DNA of 61,188 nt. It comes from Clostridia bacterium. GTDB lineage: Bacteria > Bacillota > Clostridia > UMGS1883. The stretch lies in contig JAZREK010000067.1 in the NCBI GenBank assembly GCA_045660765.1, forward strand, positions 1 to 61,188, written 5' to 3'. The translations under genes and the position numbers were made by a program. Below, one piece after another: positions 47,469 to 56,237 of this stretch. The notes beneath the pieces were generated by a model. The model was not told where the DNA came from. It saw only the letters and a program-made list of their open reading frames with translations, and ran no database searches. Position 1 is the first letter of the stretch; each line of letters opens with the position of its first letter.

Positions 47469-47747
47469 TTAACCAAAAGCGAATAGTCCGAACCTGCCTT
47501 AAACGGTGGAATTTCGGTATCTTTCGGCTTGTCATCCTTGCAAGGCGCAAAGCCTTGCTTCCTCTTTCGCACCAAAATCTACTCAAAATTTCATCCGTTT
47601 AAGGTCAATGGAATTTTCAGAGAGCGGATTTTTGATTGCGGAAGGCAAAAACGCAGGTAATCCTGACGGATTACCGAGTATTTTAACACATCGAAAGCGG
47701 AAATCCGCCTCTGAAAATCAGAGTTCGGATTATCCACTTTTGGTTAA
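47469..47747. repeat. Branched palindromic intergenic element, copy B
   Basis: Inverted repeat TTAACCAAAAGCGAATAGTCCGAAC / GTTCGGATTATCCACTTTTGGTTAA encloses two long hairpins; junction and loop motifs are shared with copy A. Confidence 0.75.
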
Positions 47748-47814
47748 GGGGAAAATCCCCTTAATAATCCCCTTGTCTTTTGAGGACAATATATTATGAA
47801 AGAAGGGAATTATC

Positions 47815-48159
47815 ATGTCTTTTAAAAGAACTGACAGAATTTCAGAGGAAATAAAAAAGGAGCTTTCAAGTGTCATTCGTGACCTTAAAGACCCCCGTAT
47901 TCCCATGATGACAAGTGTTGTGAATGTAAATGTCACAAACGATTTAAGCTATGCGAAGGCATATATCAGCGTTATGGGAACTGACGAAGAAAAGAAGGCT
48001 GCTATAAAGGCACTTTCTCAGGCGGCAGGATATGTTCGCCGTGAAATAGGCGGACGAATCAAACTTCGTTGCGTGCCTGAATTCACTTTTGAGCTTGATA
48101 CTTCAATTGAGTATGGCGCACACATCAACAAGCTTCTTAACGATATAAGTAAAAACTGA
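47815..48159 (+). CDS. rbfA: Ribosome-binding factor A
   Basis: KDPRI, DLSYAKAYIS and PEFTFELD. Confidence 0.96.
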   Translation: MSFKRTDRISEEIKKELSSVIRDLKDPRIPMMTSVVNVNVTNDLSYAKAYISVMGTDEEKKAAIKALSQAAGYVRREIGGRIKLRCVPEFTFELDTSIEYGAHINKLLNDISKN

Positions 48160-48165
48160 AAGTAA

Positions 48166-49125
48166 GTGACAAATATGAAAGAAGTAATCGCTCAATTAAA
48201 AAACAGTAAAAGTGTTGCTATTTTCGTTCACGAAAATCCTGACTGGGATTGTATAGGTAGCGGATTTGCACTTCGCAATGCACTCCGCACAAGTGGTATC
48301 AAGGCAGACCTTTTCACGGAGAAGGAGCTTTCAAGGCATCTTTCTTTTCTTGAAACAGATGTTATCACTTTCAGCGAAGATGCAACGGCTCCCGATTATG
48401 ATTGTTACTGTGCCCTCGACGTAGGTAACAGCGACAGAATCGGCAGTTGGGGTAAGTTTTTTGCAGAAAAGGACAATACAGTTTGCGTTGACCACCATCA
48501 TCCTAACGGGGAATTTGCAAAGATAAGTCATATCGAGCCTTCCCGCAGTTCTACGGGTGAGCTTGTGTATGAGCTTCTTACAGAAGGCGGTTTTGAAATA
48601 ACAAAAGAAATTGCCGAGTATCTTTACTGTGCAATGTCAGCCGATACAGGTTCATTTCAGTATGCGTCTGTAAATCGCAGAACTTACGAAATACTGATTG
48701 ATTTGTACGAAACAGGAATTAACACGACATACCTTTGCAGTATGCTTTACGAAAGAAATTCCATCACACAGCTTCGTCTTCAGGCAGAGCTTATTAACTC
48801 AATCAAGTTATACAAGGACGGAAAAATTGCAACTGCAAAGATAACAAACGAAATTATGGAAAAACATGGTGCTACACGTAATGATACCGAGGCACTTGCG
48901 CAAATTCCCAGAAGTATAGACGGTGTTATGATAAGCGCATTTTTAAAGGAACTTCCAGAGGGAGATATCCGCGTAAGTCTGCGCAGTCTTGGAGATTATA
49001 ACATTGAACCTGTTGCAAGGATGTTCGGTGGCGGCGGCCACAAAAAAGCGGCAGGTTGCACATTCAAAAACTCTTCGATTGATGATGCTGAAAAGGCACT
49101 CGTTGAAGAACTGGAGAAATTATGA
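48166..49125 (+). CDS. nrnA: Bifunctional oligoribonuclease/PAP phosphatase (DHH family)
   Basis: HENPDWD, VDHH, DTGSF, VSLRS and GGGHKKAAG. Confidence 0.9.
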   Translation: MTNMKEVIAQLKNSKSVAIFVHENPDWDCIGSGFALRNALRTSGIKADLFTEKELSRHLSFLETDVITFSEDATAPDYDCYCALDVGNSDRIGSWGKFFAEKDNTVCVDHHHPNGEFAKISHIEPSRSSTGELVYELLTEGGFEITKEIAEYLYCAMSADTGSFQYASVNRRTYEILIDLYETGINTTYLCSMLYERNSITQLRLQAELINSIKLYKDGKIATAKITNEIMEKHGATRNDTEALAQIPRSIDGVMISAFLKELPEGDIRVSLRSLGDYNIEPVARMFGGGGHKKAAGCTFKNSSIDDAEKALVEELEKL

Positions 49126-50024
49126 AAGAATACAGCGGAATTATAATTTTCAATAAGCCGATTGGTATATCCTCGCACAGATGCGTGGGTATTGTTCGTC
49201 GTGCCCTGAATATGAAAAAAGTCGGTCATACAGGAACTCTTGACCCCGACGCAAGCGGAGTTCTCCCCATCCTTGTGGGAACTTCTACAAGAGCGGCTGA
49301 ATTTTTGACCGCCGAGGATAAGAGATACCGCGCAAAAGTTCTGCTCGGGACAAGAACGGATACCCTTGATATGGCGGGCACTGTTCTTGAAGAAAACGAG
49401 GTCAATGTTACCGAGGATGAAATTAAAAATGCCGTAGCAAAGTTTGTCGGCGATATTTCACAGATTCCCCCGATGTACAGCGCAATTCAGGTAAACGGGC
49501 AACGTCTTTACACCCTTGCGCGTCAGGGGATTGACATTGAGCGTGAAGCACGTGATATAACCGTATTTTCAATAGAAATTCTTGAAATTACACTTCCCTA
49601 TATCACTATCGACGTTCATTGCAGTAAGGGCACATACATCCGCACACTTGCAAGTGATATCGGTGATGCGCTCGGATGCGGTGCTTGTATAAGTGAGCTT
49701 GAAAGAACTTCATCAGGCGATTTTACGATTGAAAACTCAATTACTCCCGAAGAGCTCAATGCTCTTGCGGAAAAAGGAGAAGCACACAAGGCACTTCTCC
49801 CGCTTGATTCATTTTTTAAAAATTATGACGCAATCTATCTTGACAAAAAACGCGCTGATCGCGTTAAAAATGGTGTTTCCATATTCTATCGCGGAAGAGA
49901 GCTTGGTAAATCCTATCGCCTTTATGACGATAACGGCGAATTTATCGCTCTTGCACGTTTTGAAGTGTCTGAAGAAGATGAAAGTCGTGAATGTCTTAAA
50001 CTCATAAAGGGGTTTTATAAATGA
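49122..50024 (+). CDS. truB: tRNA pseudouridine(55) synthase
   Basis: KVGHTGTLDP, PPMYSA and CSKGTYIRTL. Confidence 0.96.
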   Translation: MKEYSGIIIFNKPIGISSHRCVGIVRRALNMKKVGHTGTLDPDASGVLPILVGTSTRAAEFLTAEDKRYRAKVLLGTRTDTLDMAGTVLEENEVNVTEDEIKNAVAKFVGDISQIPPMYSAIQVNGQRLYTLARQGIDIEREARDITVFSIEILEITLPYITIDVHCSKGTYIRTLASDIGDALGCGACISELERTSSGDFTIENSITPEELNALAEKGEAHKALLPLDSFFKNYDAIYLDKKRADRVKNGVSIFYRGRELGKSYRLYDDNGEFIALARFEVSEEDESRECLKLIKGFYK

Positions 50025-50890
50025 TTGAAAAAGGCAGCGCAATAGCACTTGGTTTTTTTGACGGCGTTCACTTGGCGCATCAGAAAATAATAAGCAGTGC
50101 AATAAGCTATGCAAAACTGAATAACCTTTCCCCTATTGCGCTCTCTTTTGATCGTTCTCCGATGGAATTACTTTCAGGAGAACACATACACTATTTAACA
50201 AGCAAAGAGGAAAAGGCACAAATTATAGCCGAGCTTGGTGCGAGCGCGGAATTTTTGCCGACAGATAAAGAGCTTCTTTCTATGGAGGCGGAAGAATTTA
50301 TTGAAAAAATCCTTGTCGGCAAATACAATATAAAATATGCAGTATGCGGATATAATTACCGTTTCGGCAGAAACGCACGCGGTAATACCGACCTGCTTTT
50401 AAAAGAAGGCAAGCGACACGGATTTGAAGTTTTTGTTTCTCCTTGCGAGATGTATGATGACGAAAGCATCTCTTCAAGTCGAATACGAAACCTGCTTGCT
50501 GACGGAAATATAGCTCTTGCAAATACTCTTCTGGGCAGAAATTTCTTTATAAAAGGAATTGTTGAAGAGGGTAAAAAACTTGGCAGAAAGCTTGGTTTTC
50601 CCACCGCAAACGTTTACGTTGATGATAAGACGGCAAAGCTTAAAAACGGCGTTTATAAGACGAGTGTCACCGTAGACGATAAAATTTTTAAGGCTATCAC
50701 AAATGTTGGAACAAACCCCACAGTTTGTGATAAATCTCTCCGCGCAGAAACATATATCCCCGACTTTTGCGGAGATTTATACGGAAAAGAAATCAAGATA
50801 GAATTTCTGGATTTTATTCGTAGCGAAAAAAAGTTTGACAGTATAGAAGAACTGACAGAGCAAATCAGAAAAGATTTGACGAAAATATAA
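50021..50890 (+). CDS. ribF: Bifunctional riboflavin kinase/FAD synthetase
   Basis: GFFDGVHLAH, ISSSRIR and GRKLGFPTAN. Confidence 0.95.
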   Translation: MIEKGSAIALGFFDGVHLAHQKIISSAISYAKLNNLSPIALSFDRSPMELLSGEHIHYLTSKEEKAQIIAELGASAEFLPTDKELLSMEAEEFIEKILVGKYNIKYAVCGYNYRFGRNARGNTDLLLKEGKRHGFEVFVSPCEMYDDESISSSRIRNLLADGNIALANTLLGRNFFIKGIVEEGKKLGRKLGFPTANVYVDDKTAKLKNGVYKTSVTVDDKIFKAITNVGTNPTVCDKSLRAETYIPDFCGDLYGKEIKIEFLDFIRSEKKFDSIEELTEQIRKDLTKI

Positions 50891-50904
50891 AGAGGAAAAT
50901 TATT

Positions 50905-51753
50905 ATGAAAACAGGTCTTGTTTTAGAGGGCGGTGCAAGTCGCGGTTACTTTACCGTTGGTGCACTTGATGCCTTGATTGATATTGGTTTTAAGGCAGAT
51001 TTACTCGTCGGCACGTCTGCAGGTATTGCAAACGGTGTTTCGTTTGCGTCAAATCAGCGCGGACGCGGACTTGAAATCGGTCTTCGCTACTTAAACGATA
51101 AAAGATATATGGGAATGAAGCATCTTCTTAATCCCAAAAAGCGTAGCTTTTATAATGTTGAATTTATATTCGGTGAAATTCCGAATAAGCTGGTTCCCTT
51201 TGACAAGGAAAGTTTTGATAATTCAGGTTGTAAGGTTGTGGCGGCGCTTACCAACATCAAAACCGGCAAATGCGAATATCACGAAGTTGAAAGCGACGAC
51301 AAGGAATGGAAAGTTGTCGTGGCAAGTTGTGCTCTTCCGATAATGTTCCAACCCGTTGAAATTGGCGGAAACCTTTATATGGACGGCGGAATCACCGAAC
51401 CTATTCCCTTCCGCAAAGCACTTGATGAAGATTGCGACAAAACTCTTGTAATCCTTACAAGAGAGCGCAGCTACATAAAGGAAAAGGAAGCAGGTCTCGG
51501 CATAAGCGGATTTTTATACAGAAAATACAAGAATCTCAAGAAGGCGTTCGAAGTCCGTACCGAAATGTACAATGACCGTCATCACGAGCTTTTGGAACTT
51601 GAAAAAGAGGGCAAAATTATTCTGATTGCACCCGAGGAAGATACATCCACGTGGAAAAGAACAGAAAAAAGGCCTGAAAAAATTCAGGAAATGTATGACA
51701 AAGGCTACGCTATGGTTATGAAGTACAAGGATAGGATAATGGGAATGTGCTAA
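50905..51753 (+). CDS. Patatin-like phospholipase
   Basis: LEGGASRG, GTSAG and DGG motifs. Confidence 0.9.
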   Translation: MKTGLVLEGGASRGYFTVGALDALIDIGFKADLLVGTSAGIANGVSFASNQRGRGLEIGLRYLNDKRYMGMKHLLNPKKRSFYNVEFIFGEIPNKLVPFDKESFDNSGCKVVAALTNIKTGKCEYHEVESDDKEWKVVVASCALPIMFQPVEIGGNLYMDGGITEPIPFRKALDEDCDKTLVILTRERSYIKEKEAGLGISGFLYRKYKNLKKAFEVRTEMYNDRHHELLELEKEGKIILIAPEEDTSTWKRTEKRPEKIQEMYDKGYAMVMKYKDRIMGMC

Positions 51754-51989
51754 AGCAGCACCGACCACAAAACGCGAAGCAAGGTAAAGATTTTTATTTT
51801 AATGAGATATTTATCAACGTGCGTTTGAATATTTATTGAAGGAATCCGCTTTTGCGGATTCCTGTTTTTATGCGTTTTGTTAGGCGCAAACTTCGCCTCG
51901 CGAAGTATCTTTATACATCTGCGGACTCAGTTTACGCCTTCTGCACTACTTTATCCCATTCCCCTTACAAAACATCTTAAACCCAAAAA

Positions 51990-52024
51990 TAAAAGTTGAG
52001 GAGAAATATCTCCTCAACTTTTAT
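51990..52024. terminator. Terminator hairpin after rarA
   Basis: TAAAAGTTGAGGAGA-AATA-TCTCCTCAACTTTTA. Confidence 0.75.
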
Positions 52025-53280
52025 TTTTTGTCTTTTATACTATCCCAATATGCTTTTGTCTGCTGTTCAATCTTACTGTCGCCGTAAACATAGTATTTAC
52101 TGTTTTTGAGAGTATCGGGAAGATACTGCTGTTTTACATAGTGATTGGGATATGCGTGCGGATATTTATAATCCGTTCCGTGACCGAGCTTTTTCGCTCC
52201 GCTGTAATGCGCATCTTTAAGGTGCATCGGGATATCGCCCATCTTACCGCTTTCAATATCAGAAAGTGCCGCATCAATCGCGCAGATTGCACTATTTGAT
52301 TTGGGTGCGGTTGCAAGCATTATAACCGCTTCTGCAAGGGGGATTCGCGCTTCGGGGAAGCCGAGCTGAAGTGCCGCATCCACGCAGGATTTTGTAATTA
52401 CAATCGCGTTGGGGTACGCAAGTCCGATATCCTCCGCCGCCATGACAAGTATTCTTCGACAGATGCTTTGCAAATCGCCTGCACTTACAAGGCGTGCAAG
52501 GTAATGAAGTGCCGCGTCGGGATCACTTCCGCGGACGGATTTCTGAAACGCGCTTAAAACGTCATAATGACTGTCACCGTCACGGTCGTGGCGGAATGCT
52601 TTTTTCATTGTTACCGCTTCTGCTGTTTCAAGATTTATTACAATATTCTGATTCTCGTCGGGCGAGGTGGACATTACTGCAACTTCAAATGCATTAAGTG
52701 CCTTTCTGACATCTCCGCACGCGGTTGCCGCAATATGTTCTGCCGCGCCATCCTCTAAAACTACGGGGAAATCAAGCTTTTCCTTTGCTCTTTGAAGAGC
52801 GAGTTTGATTTCTTCCGTTTCAACGCTGTAAAATTCAAACACGGTTGAACGGGAAAGGATTGCGTTGTATATGTAAAAATACGGGTTTTCAGTTGTTGAG
52901 GCAATAAGCGTTACCTTTCCGTTTTCGATACATTCAAGAAGTGACTGCTGTTGTTTTTTATTAAAGTTCTGAATCTCGTCAAGGTAGAGTATTACGCCGT
53001 CTGCGCCGAGCATTGATTCAGCTTCCTGAAGCATCGCCTTGATATCCGAAACAGAGGCATTGGTAGCATTGAGTTTATAAAGCGGCTTATTCGCATTTTT
53101 TGCGGCAATATTGGCAACAGTCGTCTTTCCGATGCCGGACGGTCCATAGAAAATCATATTGGGAATATCGCCACTTTGTATAATGTTATAAAGGATTTTT
53201 CCTTCGGAAAGAATGTGTTTCTGTCCTACAACATCCTCGAGTGACTGCGGACGAATTCTGTCTGCCAATGGACTTCTCAT
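52021..53280 (-). CDS. rarA: Replication-associated recombination protein A
   Basis: PLADRIRP, GPSGIGKTT, SAFQKSVRGSDPDAA and EDIGLA; start ATG 53280. Confidence 0.94.
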   Translation of the reverse strand: MRSPLADRIRPQSLEDVVGQKHILSEGKILYNIIQSGDIPNMIFYGPSGIGKTTVANIAAKNANKPLYKLNATNASVSDIKAMLQEAESMLGADGVILYLDEIQNFNKKQQQSLLECIENGKVTLIASTTENPYFYIYNAILSRSTVFEFYSVETEEIKLALQRAKEKLDFPVVLEDGAAEHIAATACGDVRKALNAFEVAVMSTSPDENQNIVINLETAEAVTMKKAFRHDRDGDSHYDVLSAFQKSVRGSDPDAALHYLARLVSAGDLQSICRRILVMAAEDIGLAYPNAIVITKSCVDAALQLGFPEARIPLAEAVIMLATAPKSNSAICAIDAALSDIESGKMGDIPMHLKDAHYSGAKKLGHGTDYKYPHAYPNHYVKQQYLPDTLKNSKYYVYGDSKIEQQTKAYWDSIKDKK

Positions 53281-53383
53281 TGCTTTTCCTCCTTTCAGAT
53301 GGGTAAAAAATACTACATCTATTATACAAAGTTTTTCTTTCAAAAACAAGTGTTTTATGTTAAAATATCATTGAGGTGATTTT

Positions 53384-54013
53384 ATGCGAAGAAAGGAACG
53401 GGCACAGGCATTTTTTGACATACTTGAAGAGCTTTATCCCGAGGGGATATGTTCGCTTAATTATACTAATCCGCTTGAGCTTCTTATTGCCACACAACTT
53501 TCTGCGCAATGCACCGATGCAAGAGTTAATATAGTGACAGAGGATTTATTCAAAAAATATCCCGATGCGCTCTCTTTTGCAAATGCAGATTTAAAAGAAC
53601 TTGAACGAGATATTCACTCTATTGGTTTTTATCATAACAAGGCAAAAAATATTATTGCTTGCACCAAAAAAATCCTTTCGGATTTTGACGGACAAGTTCC
53701 TGACAATATGGATGACCTTCTTTCTCTTGCGGGGGTTGGCAGAAAAACGGCGAACCTTGTTTTAGGCGATATTTTCGGCAAGGGCGGTATGGTTATTGAT
53801 ACACACGCGAAAAGACTACTAAAGCGAGTAGGATTGACTCGTGAAACTGAACCTGTAAAGGTTGAAAAAGACACCGAAAATCTTCTTCCCCGCGAAAAGC
53901 ACAGCGATTTTTGCCACCGTCTTGTGCTTCATGGAAGAGCATATTGCACAGCAAGAAATCCCAAGTGCGAAAATTGTCCCGCATCTTCTGTTTGCAAAAA
54001 AGCAGGAGTATGA
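53384..54013 (+). CDS. nth: Endonuclease III
   Basis: LSAQCTD, HhH GVGRKTAN and the 4Fe-4S motif CTARNPKCENCPASSVC. Confidence 0.95.
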   Translation: MRRKERAQAFFDILEELYPEGICSLNYTNPLELLIATQLSAQCTDARVNIVTEDLFKKYPDALSFANADLKELERDIHSIGFYHNKAKNIIACTKKILSDFDGQVPDNMDDLLSLAGVGRKTANLVLGDIFGKGGMVIDTHAKRLLKRVGLTRETEPVKVEKDTENLLPREKHSDFCHRLVLHGRAYCTARNPKCENCPASSVCKKAGV

Positions 54014-54093
54014 AAAAATATGTTGAAAATACCCTTTAAATGATTTATAATATACTTATATGATTATAGCCTTGTGGCAGAATGGAGTTTTTT

Positions 54094-54984
54094 ATGAGTA
54101 ATAACAAAAAAAGATTATTCGACCCTAATATGGCTCCTCTCACCTATTTCTCTGACGACGATTTTTACGCTGATGATGAATTGGAATTTAAAAAATTAAG
54201 TTTCGGAGAGCGTGCGAAAGAATCTTTAAAAGAATATTGGAGGAACAGCAAATCCATGATTGCAAGCTCGACAGCTCATTTGCGTTCTCCTTCTACAATA
54301 ATCGTAATTTTCCTTCTTATCGCAGTTTACGTTCTTTTAGGGGTTGCTGGAAAGATTGGTTTTTCTTTCTACAATAACAATACTGTAAAAGAAATAACAA
54401 CCAGCCTTGATATTATCGTTAATGCTCTGTTCGGCTTCTTTTACGGACCTATCACTTGCTGTATCAGTATGATTCTCTGCTGTATAGTAAAGATGATCAC
54501 ATCCGGTGATGGTGTTTTTATTGGTTATATTATCGGTTCTGCCGTTGCAGGATTTCTTCACGGTTGGATTTTATACAGAAACAAAACCGCTTGGTTCGGA
54601 ACACGTTTCCGCGGTTTTTATACAGATCTTTGCCTGAAAGCTTTTATGGTAAGATTCGTAGTTTCTGCTTTTGTTAACATTTTCCTGATGGCAATAGTCT
54701 ACAAGCTTCTTGTTGATTATCCTATATATGCATTCATTATGCATTACTCAAAGTCTAAGGTTGAACTTACCGCATTTTCTGATTTCTTTACAATTTTCTT
54801 TGTCAACCTTTTCTTTGAATCACTTATCGTTTTCGTTGCGCTTGCTGTCGTAGATTTTATTGTTGTAAGAGCGTTCCCGTCTTTAACCGAGACACCGTCT
54901 CTTATGATAGACGAAGATGGCGAACTTATCAGCCTCGAAGAAGAATTCTTGACCGGCGCAGTGCCTGTTCCTGAAGACGAATAA
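54094..54984 (+). CDS. ECF transporter S-component-like (FolT-like) membrane protein with acidic terminal extensions
   Basis: About 6 TMs with LFGFFYGP and GFLHGWILYR; long acidic N- and C-terminal tails. Confidence 0.55.
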   Translation: MSNNKKRLFDPNMAPLTYFSDDDFYADDELEFKKLSFGERAKESLKEYWRNSKSMIASSTAHLRSPSTIIVIFLLIAVYVLLGVAGKIGFSFYNNNTVKEITTSLDIIVNALFGFFYGPITCCISMILCCIVKMITSGDGVFIGYIIGSAVAGFLHGWILYRNKTAWFGTRFRGFYTDLCLKAFMVRFVVSAFVNIFLMAIVYKLLVDYPIYAFIMHYSKSKVELTAFSDFFTIFFVNLFFESLIVFVALAVVDFIVVRAFPSLTETPSLMIDEDGELISLEEEFLTGAVPVPEDE

Positions 54985-55016
54985 ATTAAAAGCAGTTTAA
55001 ATTGGGAGGGTTTTTC

Positions 55017-55547
55017 TTGGATTACAGTTTTGACGAAAAAGTAGACGTGAAACTGATTGCACTTTTTATTATTGACAACTTCAAAATGCCCGTCCCCAAT
55101 TCGTTTATTGTGGATACTCTTTCACTTGAGCCGTTTGTAAATTATTTTGATTTACAGCATCAGATCGGGGAACTTGAAGACGAGGAACTTGTTACTTATT
55201 ATGTTGAGGACAGTAACAGATTTTACTCTCTTACCGAAAAGGGTTCACAAGCTCTCGAATTTTTTGGAAACTGGATTCCAAAAACAGTTCGTGAAAGGCT
55301 TTTGAAAGCAATCAAAATCAAAATCAAAGACCTTAAAAACGCACTCAGTGTAAAAGCTGATTATGAAAAGGTAAATGATATCGAGTATCTTATTTCCCTT
55401 GGCATTACTGAAGGGAACTATGATATGTTCAAAGTTTCGTTATCAGTTGGTGATGAAATGATGGCAAAAAAAATGTGTGCGGCATTTAAAAATGATCCGC
55501 AAAAAATTTATTCCGAGTTTTTATCGGTACTTACAGAAAATTTATAA
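55017..55547 (+). CDS. DUF4364 family protein (winged-helix-like)
   Basis: KLIALFII, NYFDLQ, YSLTEKG..LEFF and FKNDPQKIY; TTG start after GGGAGG. Confidence 0.8.
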   Translation: MDYSFDEKVDVKLIALFIIDNFKMPVPNSFIVDTLSLEPFVNYFDLQHQIGELEDEELVTYYVEDSNRFYSLTEKGSQALEFFGNWIPKTVRERLLKAIKIKIKDLKNALSVKADYEKVNDIEYLISLGITEGNYDMFKVSLSVGDEMMAKKMCAAFKNDPQKIYSEFLSVLTENL

Positions 55548-55550
55548 AAC

Positions 55551-55583
55551 AAAAAACCTTGAGTAATAACTCAAGGTTTTTTT
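55551..55583. terminator. Bidirectional terminator
   Basis: AAAAAACCTTGAG-TAATAA-CTCAAGGTTTTTT between convergent genes. Confidence 0.8.
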
Positions 55584-56236
55584 ATGTTTACAATATACAA
55601 AATGTTTTCGCGAATTTCAAATGAAATATCGTAGTCTGCGTAATGCATTGCATAGGTTTTTCCCTCGCCTTTATAAGACGGTGTCGGGTTATGCGAAAGA
55701 ACGTTTATAATTTCTTCTTTCGTTTTTTCAGCAATAGCATCAAAAAGTTCGGTTTCAACTACTACCTCTATTTTTCTTTCCGACAGGTTTTCGGTAAATC
55801 CTCCCGAAGCATCGGGAAACGAGTCGGCATACGCAAGGTATGGCTTTATATCATAAATCGGTGTACCATCCATCAGGTCAGCTCCGCTTATATAGAGTAT
55901 AGGGCCATATTCCTTTGTGTATTCTATTTTCTCGAGCTTCACACAAGATAATCCTATCGGATTAGGACGAAACGGTGAGCGCGTTGCAAACACGCCCATA
56001 CGCTTATTCCCGCCAAGCAGAGGCGGTCTTACAGTAGGAGACCATTCCTTCCCTTTATGCTCGGAAAAGTTCCATAAAAGCCATATATGTGAATAATCCT
56101 CAAGTCCGCGGAAAGCTTCGCGTACACGGTATTCTTTTTCAAAAATTATCTGCCCCGTAGTTTCTACAATTCCGCTTTGACGAGGAATTCCGAACTTTTC
56201 GCGAAAGGGCGTTTTTATATGAGCGATTACTTTCAT
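55571..56236 (-). CDS. trmO: tRNA (N6-threonylcarbamoyladenosine(37)-N6)-methyltransferase TrmO/TsaA
   Basis: KFGIPRQS, GVFATRSPFRPNPIGLS and DGTPIYDIKPY. Confidence 0.93.
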   Translation of the reverse strand: MKVIAHIKTPFREKFGIPRQSGIVETTGQIIFEKEYRVREAFRGLEDYSHIWLLWNFSEHKGKEWSPTVRPPLLGGNKRMGVFATRSPFRPNPIGLSCVKLEKIEYTKEYGPILYISGADLMDGTPIYDIKPYLAYADSFPDASGGFTENLSERKIEVVVETELFDAIAEKTKEEIINVLSHNPTPSYKGEGKTYAMHYADYDISFEIRENILYIVNIKKP

Positions 56237-56237
56237 A

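Noticed and set aside
47506-47799. 97-aa ORF between infB and rbfA as a DUF503/YlxP-like gene
   Set aside because: No resemblance or RBS; it coincides with the palindromic element.
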